From a virus (taxonomy: Duplodnaviria; Heunggongvirae; Uroviricota; Caudoviricetes), in IMG/VR virus record IMGVR_UViG_2531839368_000014: a stretch of DNA of 4,169 nucleotides. One strand, given 5' to 3'. This document shows, in pieces, positions 1-4,169 of this stretch; the first letter of the stretch is position 1; every line of letters begins with the position of its first letter. Both the position numbers and the translations under genes were made by a program. Under the pieces are notes generated by a model. It was given only the letters and a program-made list of their open reading frames with translations, was not told where the DNA came from and did not search any database.

Positions 1-33
1 GCTTCCATCGGAAACGATGATCTGGCAGCCTGA
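1..33 (+). CDS. transposase orfB, C-terminal fragment (5' partial, continues left of the window)
   Basis: Open frame from the window edge to TGA at 31..33, translating ASIGNDDLAA; it lies just inside the IS right inverted repeat. Too short to judge independently of the IS context. Confidence 0.5.
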   Translation, partial: ASIGNDDLAA

Positions 34-75
34 GTTCACAGATAAAACACTCTCCAGGAAACCCGGGGCGGTTCA
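1..75 (+). mobile_element. 3' end of an IS3-family insertion sequence (IS629/IS1203-like by recollection); right inverted repeat about 41..75 ending in ...GGTTCA
   Basis: Seen in sequence: the reverse complement of 41..75 (TGAACCGCCCCGGGTTTCCTGGAGAG...) matches 4096..4121 (TGAACCGCCCCGGAAATCCTGGAGAC...) at 22 of the first 26 positions, with TG...CA termini typical of IS3-family inverted repeats. Frame 1 of 1..33 reads ASIGNDDLAA-stop, consistent with a transposase C-terminus. The IS629-like assignment is from memory and not verified. Confidence 0.75.
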
Positions 76-439
76 CTTTCGCATGGTGCTTAAACCGTGG
101 CGCGAGAGACGCAGTCTTTCCCAGAATGCACTCAGCCACATGTGGTACAGCGAAATCAGTGAATACCTCATCAGCAGGGGGAAATCGTTCGCTACTTCAG
201 CATGGGTAAAAGATGCTCTCAAACACACATACCTCGGTTATGAAACCAAGGACCTGGTTGATGTCGTAACCGGCGAAATCACTACTATCCAGTCGTTACG
301 CCATACCTCCGATCTTGGTACCGGAGAGATGTATGTCTTCCTGTGTAAGGTTGAAGCCTGGGCGATGAATATTGGCTGCCACCTGACTATTCCACAGAGC
401 TGCGAGTTCCAGCTGCTGCGTGACAAGCAGGAGGCGTAA
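17..439 (+). CDS. NinB/YbcN-family phage protein, apparently 5'-disrupted; the first ~20 codons (17..75) are IS-derived and the first prophage-derived in-frame ATG is at 83
   Basis: The ORF runs 17..439 with stop TAA 437..439 overlapping the ninE ATG (TAATG). It sits immediately upstream of ninE, as ybcN/ninB does in DLP12-like and lambda-like nin regions. A motif RERRSLSQN resembles my recollection of lambda NinB (RNRSLDQN). The IS boundary at 75 falls inside the ORF. Family call is from synteny plus a remembered motif. Confidence 0.5.
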   Translation: MIWQPEFTDKTLSRKPGAVHFRMVLKPWRERRSLSQNALSHMWYSEISEYLISRGKSFATSAWVKDALKHTYLGYETKDLVDVVTGEITTIQSLRHTSDLGTGEMYVFLCKVEAWAMNIGCHLTIPQSCEFQLLRDKQEA

Positions 440-609
440 TGGCTACACCGCTTATTCGTGTCATGAACGGACACATCTACAAAGTACCAAATCGTCGTAA
501 GCGTAAACCTGAGCTGAAGCCATCCGAAATACCAACACTGCTCGGATATACCGCCAGCCTGGTTGATAAAAAATGGTTGCGACTGGCAGCAAGGAGGAAT
601 CATGGCTGA
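439..609 (+). CDS. ninE: NinE-family protein (56 aa)
   Basis: ATG 439 preceded by AGGAGG at 429..434; stop TGA 607..609. Translation [56 protein letters not shown]; length and the basic C-terminal WLR..ARR pattern fit NinE as I recall it. Missing from the ORF track only because it is short. Confidence 0.75.
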   Translation: MATPLIRVMNGHIYKVPNRRKRKPELKPSEIPTLLGYTASLVDKKWLRLAARRNHG

Positions 610-892
610 TTTGAGAAAAGCAGCGCGTAGTCGGGAATGCCAAGTAAGAATCCCTGGCGTATGTAATGGCAACCCTGAAACGTCTGTACTGGCACATATC
701 CGGCTGACTGGATTGTGCGGCACCGGTACCAAACCGCCAGACTTGATTGCCACCATTGCATGTTCTGCCTGCCACGACGAAATCGACCGCCGCACACATT
801 TTGTCGATGCTGCATATGCAAAAGAATGCGCGCTGGAAGGTATGGCGAGAACACAGGTTATCTGGCTGAAAGAGGGGGTTATTAAGGCGTGA
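602..892 (+). CDS. ybcO: YbcO-like DUF1364 protein (putative Cys-rich metal-binding nuclease, 96 aa)
   Basis: ATG 602 preceded by AAGGAGG at 591..597; overlaps the ninE stop by 8 nt. Translation from 602 ([23 protein letters not shown]...CSACHDEID...) matches my recollection of E. coli YbcO almost residue for residue. The track ORF starting at 563 is a 5' extension with no ribosome-binding site. Confidence 0.85.
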
Positions 893-1251
893 ATACCTAC
901 AGCATCACATTACCCTGGCCTCCGAGCAATAATCGCTACTACCGGCATAATCGCGGGCGCACGCACATCAGCGCAGAAGGGCAGGCATACCGTGATAACG
1001 TCGCCCGAATCATCAAAGGCTCCATGCTGGATATCGGCCTGGCTATGCCAGTGAAAATCCGTATTGAGTGCCACATGCCGGATCGCCGTCGCCGTGACCT
1101 GGATAATCTGCAAAAAGCCGCTTTTGACGCACTCACCAAAGCAGGTTTCTGGCTGGATGATGCTCAGGTCGTTGATTACCGTGTTGTGAAGATGCCCGTT
1201 ACCAAAGGTGGGAAGCTGGAGCTGACCATCACCGAACTGGGGAATGAATGA
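889..1251 (+). CDS. rusA: RusA Holliday-junction resolvase (120 aa), GTG start
   Basis: Translation [26 protein letters not shown]...[19 protein letters not shown]...ELGNE is near-identical to E. coli RusA as I recall it. Start GTG 889..891 overlaps the ybcO stop (GTGA); G-rich stretch AGAGGGGG upstream at 871..878. Confidence 0.9.
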
Positions 1252-1388
1252 TGTTTGAGTCTTATATGGCAGAACGTCTTCGCCACCGCTGGATGCGCCT
1301 GCGCTTATATCGTTTTCCTGGTTCTGTTTTGACCGATTACCGGATACTGAAGAATTACGCCAAAACACTGAAAGGAGCTGCCGCATGA
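1248..1388 (+). CDS. ylcG: YlcG-like small protein (46 aa)
   Basis: Tandem ATG at 1248 and 1251 overlapping the rusA stop; stop TGA 1386..1388 overlaps the next ATG. Translation [46 protein letters not shown] resembles DLP12 YlcG and occupies the same slot between rusA and the Q-position gene. Start could be 1251. Confidence 0.65.
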
Positions 1389-2074
1389 ATACCCAATATT
1401 TACAGTATGTCCGCGAGCAACTCATTGTGGCTACCGCTGATTTGAGCGGAGCAACGAAAGGACAGCTTGAAGCCTGGCTGGAGCATGCACAATTTGATAC
1501 TGGTACATACAAACGAAAGAAGCCGCGCATTCTGGATGAGGTAACTGGCAGGATGATTACGCTGGATAATCCGCCGATTTCCGGTAAGCAGTCGTACGCA
1601 AAAGGTTCATCCATTGCACTGGTCAGCCAGGTTGAGTTCTCAACCTCGTCATGGCGCCGCGCGGTTCTGTCTCTCGAAGAACATCAGAAAGCGTGGTTGC
1701 TGTGGAGTTACAGCGAAAGTGTTCGCTGGGAACATCAGGTCACCATAACGCAGTGGGCATGGAGCGAGTTTAAGACTCTGTTGGGTACCAGGAAAATTGC
1801 AGGTAAGACACTGGAACGTTTGAAGAAGTTGATCTGGCTGGCGGCACAGGATGTGAAGAACGAGCTGGCAGGGCGTAAGACCTATGAATACCAGGAGCTG
1901 GCATCACTGGTGGGAGTGACATCAAAAAACTGGTCTGAGACATTTACTGAACGCTGGGTTGCAATGAAACACATTTTTCTACAGCTTGATAGCCAAGCTT
2001 TATTGCTTTTAACGAAAACACGTTCAAAACAAAAGACCACATTTTCACAGCAAGATATTGCAAAACTGGATTAA
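1385..2074 (+). CDS. putative late-gene antiterminator in the Q position (229 aa), not lambda-Q type
   Basis: Last gene of the nin-region chain, followed by a promoter/terminator intergenic region and then the lysis cassette, the canonical Q position. AGGAG at 1373..1377 seven nt upstream of ATG 1385. The protein has no cysteine, so it cannot carry a lambda-Q-like zinc ribbon; a helix-turn-helix-like stretch lies near residues 170-190 (YQELASLVGVTSKNWSETF). Assignment is positional. Confidence 0.5.
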   Translation: MNTQYLQYVREQLIVATADLSGATKGQLEAWLEHAQFDTGTYKRKKPRILDEVTGRMITLDNPPISGKQSYAKGSSIALVSQVEFSTSSWRRAVLSLEEHQKAWLLWSYSESVRWEHQVTITQWAWSEFKTLLGTRKIAGKTLERLKKLIWLAAQDVKNELAGRKTYEYQELASLVGVTSKNWSETFTERWVAMKHIFLQLDSQALLLLTKTRSKQKTTFSQQDIAKLD

Positions 2075-2086
2075 AAATCATATATT
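2058..2086 (+). promoter_or_regulatory. candidate sigma70 late promoter (PR'-like): TTGCAA - 17 nt - TATATT
   Basis: -35 TTGCAA at 2058..2063 and -10 TATATT at 2081..2086 with 17-nt spacing, straddling the Q stop codon (2072..2074), where PR' and the qut site lie in lambdoid phages. Hexamer match only; no expression data. Confidence 0.35.
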
Positions 2087-2142
2087 TTATGTAAATCTGA
2101 TATTTTGCCAATGTTGTACGCACTGGCAGTAATCCAAATTCA

Positions 2143-2176
2143 AGCCCGAGGTTTAAAGCCTTGGGCTTTTCTGTTT
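2143..2176 (+). terminator. intrinsic terminator-like hairpin (9-bp stem, 7-nt loop) followed by a T-rich tract
   Basis: AGCCCGAGG (2143..2151) pairs with CCTTGGGCT (2159..2167) with one G-U pair, loop TTTAAAG, then TTTTCTGTTTCT. Lies roughly 50 nt downstream of the candidate promoter. Confidence 0.45.
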
Positions 2177-2255
2177 CTGAACGGTGAGTAGCCTTCCAAC
2201 CTACCCCAGCCAGGGGGTCTTCAGCTGTTGAGTTGATATTGCTTAGCCCTCTGTT

Positions 2256-2278
2256 GCCAGCTACATGCTGGCTTTTTT
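2256..2278 (+). terminator. intrinsic terminator (tR'-like): GCCAGC-TACAT-GCTGGC followed by TTTTTT
   Basis: Perfect 6-bp GC-rich stem (2256..2261 with 2267..2272), 5-nt loop, then six T at 2273..2278. Located between the Q-position gene and the holin, as tR' is in lambda. Confidence 0.6.
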
Positions 2279-2395
2279 ATTCCAGGCTTGTGGGGAGCAT
2301 CAACTCCGTGCTTTGTCGTTAAATTACCCCGTGAGCCTGATTTCTGACATTTAACGTCCCGGCCTTTTGTCGGCGGCGAAACATTGGCTATTCAT

Positions 2396-2701
2396 ATGCA
2401 CGAAAAAGAGAGCCTTGCCGGAGCGTTCTGGCTCGTTTTGCTGATCATCGCAGGTTGGGGCGGTCTGGTCCGCTACCTGATAGATGTGAAGCAGAGTAAA
2501 GCAACGTGGAGTTGGATAAATGCTCTGGCTCAAATAGTGGTATCAGGATTCACCGGTGTTATTGGTGGCCTGATCAGCATCGAAAGTGGATTCAGTATTT
2601 ACATGATTCTCGCGACAGCGGGGATTAGTGGTGCGATGGGTTCGGTTGCACTGACGTACTTCTGGGAACGACTGACAGGGGTGAAAAATGCAAAATCTTA
2701 A
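2396..2701 (+). CDS. putative holin (three predicted transmembrane segments, about 101 aa), not lambda S-like
   Basis: Small hydrophobic protein with three hydrophobic stretches (AFWLVLLIIAGWGGLV; INALAQIVVSGFTGVIGGLISI; IYMILATAGISGAMGSVAL) and a short charged C-terminus, directly upstream of the endolysin and overlapping it by 14 nt. First ATG is at 2396; the track start at 2384 is an in-frame TTG four codons upstream. Sequence is unrelated to lambda S as I recall it. Confidence 0.6.
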   Translation: MHEKESLAGAFWLVLLIIAGWGGLVRYLIDVKQSKATWSWINALAQIVVSGFTGVIGGLISIESGFSIYMILATAGISGAMGSVALTYFWERLTGVKNAKS

Positions 2702-3164
2702 TCCTCAGCGTAAAGCCTTCCTCGATATGTTGGCGTGGTCAGAAGGAACGGATAACGGGCGACAACCGACACGTAACCACGGTTATGATGTTATTGTTGG
2801 CGGCGAACTGTTTACTGATTACTCCGATCACCCTCGCAAACTTGTCACGCTACACCCCAAACTCAAATCAACAGCCGCCGGACGTTATCAGCTTCTTTCA
2901 CGCTGGTGGGATGCTTACCGTAAACAGCTTGGTTTGAAAGACTTCTCCCCCAAAAGCCAGGACGCAGTGGCATTGCAGCAGATTAAAGAGCGTGGTGCTT
3001 TACCTATGATTGATCGCGGTGATATCCGTCAGGCAATCGACCGTTGCAGTAATATCTGGGCTTCACTGCCGGGCGCTGGTTATGGTCAGTTCGAGCATAA
3101 GGCTGACAGCCTGATTGCAAAATTCAAAGAAGCTGGCGGAACGGTCAGAGAGAGTGAGGTATGA
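2688..3164 (+). CDS. R: lambda R-type endolysin (lytic transglycosylase, 158 aa)
   Basis: Translation [20 protein letters not shown]...[20 protein letters not shown]...[27 protein letters not shown]... is near-identical to lambda R as I recall it, including Glu19 in the AWSEG motif. AGGGG at 2676..2680 upstream of ATG 2688; stop TGA overlaps the Rz ATG. Confidence 0.92.
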   Translation: MQNLNPQRKAFLDMLAWSEGTDNGRQPTRNHGYDVIVGGELFTDYSDHPRKLVTLHPKLKSTAAGRYQLLSRWWDAYRKQLGLKDFSPKSQDAVALQQIKERGALPMIDRGDIRQAIDRCSNIWASLPGAGYGQFEHKADSLIAKFKEAGGTVRESEV

Positions 3165-3622
3165 GCAGAATAACCGCGATTATCTCCGCTCTGCTCATCT
3201 GCATCATCGTCTGCCTGTCATGGGCTGTTAATCATTACCGTGATAACGCCATTACCTACAAAGCCCAGCGCGACAAAAATGCCAGAGAACTGAAGCTGGC
3301 GAACGTGGCAATTACTGACATGCAGATGCGTCAGCGTGATGTTGCTGCGCTCGATGCAAAATACACGAAGGAGTTAGCTGATGCGAAAGCTGAAAATGAT
3401 GCTCTGCATGATGATGTTGCCGCTGGTCGTCGTCGGTTGCACATCAAAGCAGTCTGTCAGTCAGTGCGTGAAGCCACCACCGCCTCCGGCGTGGATAATG
3501 CAGCCTCCCCCCGACTGGCAGACACCGCTGAACGGGATTATTTCACCCTCAGAGAGAGGCTGATCACTATGCAAAAACAACTGGAAGGAACCCAGAAGTA
3601 TATTAATGAGCAGTGCAGATAG
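3161..3622 (+). CDS. Rz: Rz spanin, inner-membrane subunit (i-spanin, 153 aa)
   Basis: N-terminal transmembrane segment ([20 protein letters not shown]) followed by a charged coiled-coil-like periplasmic domain; near-identical to lambda Rz from memory. ATGA overlap with R. Confidence 0.9.
   Translation: MSRITAIISALLICIIVCLSWAVNHYRDNAITYKAQRDKNARELKLANVAITDMQMRQRDVAALDAKYTKELADAKAENDALHDDVAAGRRRLHIKAVCQSVREATTASGVDNAASPRLADTAERDYFTLRERLITMQKQLEGTQKYINEQCR
3381..3563 (+). CDS. Rz1: Rz1 spanin, outer-membrane lipoprotein subunit (o-spanin, 60 aa), embedded in the +1 frame of Rz
   Basis: Lies wholly inside Rz in a different frame. AAGGAG at 3368..3373 seven nt upstream of ATG 3381. Signal peptide with lipobox (LVVVGC), then the proline-rich run [15 protein letters not shown]; matches lambda Rz1 from memory. 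Confidence 0.85.
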   Translation: MRKLKMMLCMMMLPLVVVGCTSKQSVSQCVKPPPPPAWIMQPPPDWQTPLNGIISPSERG

Positions 3623-3647
3623 AGCTGCCCATATCGATGGGCAGCTC
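3622..3647. terminator. perfect 11-bp inverted repeat (GAGCTGCCCAT-ATCG-ATGGGCAGCTC) between convergent Rz and bor; candidate bidirectional terminator
   Basis: Perfect palindrome sitting exactly between the Rz stop (3620..3622) and the bor stop (3654..3656 on the minus strand). Flanking T/A tracts are weak, so terminator function is an inference. Confidence 0.4.
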
Positions 3648-3653
3648 ATGCAA

Positions 3654-3947
3654 TTATTGTGAGCAATACACACGCGCTTCCAGCGGAGTATAAATGCCTA
3701 AAGTAATAAAACCGAGCAATCCATTTACGAATGTTTGCTGGGTTTCTGTTTTAACAACATTTTCTGCGCCGCCACAAATTTTAGCTGCATCGACAGTTTT
3801 CTTCTGCCCAATTCCAGAGACGAAGAAATGGTGGGTGATGGTTTCCTTTGGTGTTACTGCTGCCGGTTTGTTTTGAACAGTAAACGTCTGTTGGGCACAT
3901 CCTGTAATAAGCAGGGCCAGCGCAGTAGCGAGTAGCATTTTTTTCAT
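3654..3947 (-). CDS. bor: Bor outer-membrane lipoprotein (lysogenic-conversion, serum-resistance family, 97 aa)
   Basis: Minus-strand ORF translating MKKMLLATALALLITGCAQQTFTVQNKPAA...; lipobox LITGC; near-identical to lambda Bor from memory; convergent with Rz as in lambda. Confidence 0.9.
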   Translation of the reverse strand: MKKMLLATALALLITGCAQQTFTVQNKPAAVTPKETITHHFFVSGIGQKKTVDAAKICGGAENVVKTETQQTFVNGLLGFITLGIYTPLEARVYCSQ

Positions 3948-4095
3948 GGTGTTATTCCCGATGCTTTTTAAAGTTCGCAGAATCGTATGTGTAGAAAATT
4001 AAACAAACCCTAAACAATGAGTTGAAATCTCATATTGTTAATATTTATTAATGTATGTCAGATGCGAAGGATCGTCACTGTATTCCCGGATTAAC

Positions 4096-4169
4096 TGAAC
4101 CGCCCCGGAAATCCTGGAGACTAAACTCCCTGAGAAAGAGGTAAACAGGATGACTAAAAATACTCGTTT
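4096..4169 (+). mobile_element. 5' end of an IS3-family insertion sequence (IS629/IS1203-like by recollection); left inverted repeat about 4096..4121, element continues right of the window
   Basis: TGAACCGCCCCGGAAATCCTGGAGAC at 4096 is the inverted counterpart of the repeat at 41..75. It is followed by AGAGG at 4137..4141 and ATG 4150 opening MTKNTR..., which I recall as the N-terminus of IS629-type orfA. Confidence 0.75.
4150..4169 (+). CDS. transposase orfA, N-terminal fragment (3' partial)
   Basis: ATG 4150 with a ribosome-binding site 8 nt upstream; open to the window edge (MTKNTRF...). Only 6-7 codons are visible. Confidence 0.5.

Noticed and set aside
563-601. Upstream extension of the ybcO ORF starting at ATG 563 as given in the ORF track
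   Set aside because: The ribosome-binding site AAGGAGG at 591..597 serves ATG 602, and the product from 602 matches the expected 96-aa YbcO; 563 would start inside ninE with no ribosome-binding site.
238-854. Minus-strand ORFs 238..795, 461..799 and 600..854
   Set aside because: All are antisense to ninB, ninE and ybcO, with no start context or recognisable motifs; they are long open frames typical of the reverse strand of coding sequence.
939-1139. 66-aa minus-strand ORF inside rusA
   Set aside because: Antisense to the strongly supported rusA gene and Arg/Ser-rich low complexity; no supporting signals.
910-1614. 234-aa ORF on the minus strand spanning rusA, ylcG and the start of the Q-position gene
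   Set aside because: It is antisense to three well-supported genes, has no recognisable ribosome-binding site or domain signature, and its composition is the low-complexity Ser/Cys/Arg type expected from the reverse frame of a coding region. Treated as a frame artefact.
2075-2383. Possible tRNA or cargo gene between the Q-position gene and the holin, a common site for tRNAs and toxin genes in lambdoid prophages
   Set aside because: The gap is only 309 bp, shows no cloverleaf-compatible sequence or T-arm-like motif, and has no ORF on the + strand; the hairpins present are better explained as terminators.
2351-2533. 60-aa minus-strand ORF overlapping the holin start
   Set aside because: Antisense to the holin and running into the intergenic region; no ribosome-binding site; not supported.
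3461-3673. 70-aa minus-strand ORF opposite Rz/Rz1, rich in Gly and Cys
   Set aside because: It is the reverse complement of the proline-rich Rz1 coding stretch (CCN codons read as GGN); a frame artefact.
3694-3935. Two + strand ORFs (3694..3876 and 3735..3935) overlapping bor
   Set aside because: Antisense to the well-supported bor gene, no start context, no recognisable features.
1-4169. CRISPR array, tandem repeats or a defence-system operon
   Set aside because: No direct-repeat/spacer periodicity or tandem repetition was seen, and every sizeable ORF is accounted for by standard lambdoid nin-region, lysis or IS functions. Apart from the two IS terminal inverted repeats, no long repeats were noticed.

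Overview
This window is the late-operon segment of a lambdoid prophage of the E. coli type, bracketed at both edges by ends of an IS3-family insertion sequence in direct orientation. Left to right on the + strand: the last 75 bp of an IS (transposase orfB C-terminus and right inverted repeat); a NinB-like ORF that begins inside the IS end; ninE; ybcO (DUF1364); rusA Holliday-junction resolvase with a GTG start; ylcG; a 229-aa ORF in the position of the late antiterminator Q; a 309-bp intergenic region with a candidate late promoter and two intrinsic-terminator hairpins; a three-TM holin that is not lambda S; then lambda-like R endolysin, Rz, embedded Rz1 and, on the minus strand, bor. About 150 bp beyond bor the left inverted repeat and orfA start of a second IS copy begin. 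Nearly all genes overlap their neighbours by 1-14 nt. Protein identifications rest on recalled family sequences and synteny, not database searches. I see no CRISPR array, tRNA, toxin cargo or recognisable defence system; the points most worth follow-up are the IS-bracketed architecture, the IS/ninB junction, the cysteine-free Q-position protein and the non-lambda holin joined to a lambda-like R-Rz-Rz1-bor block.
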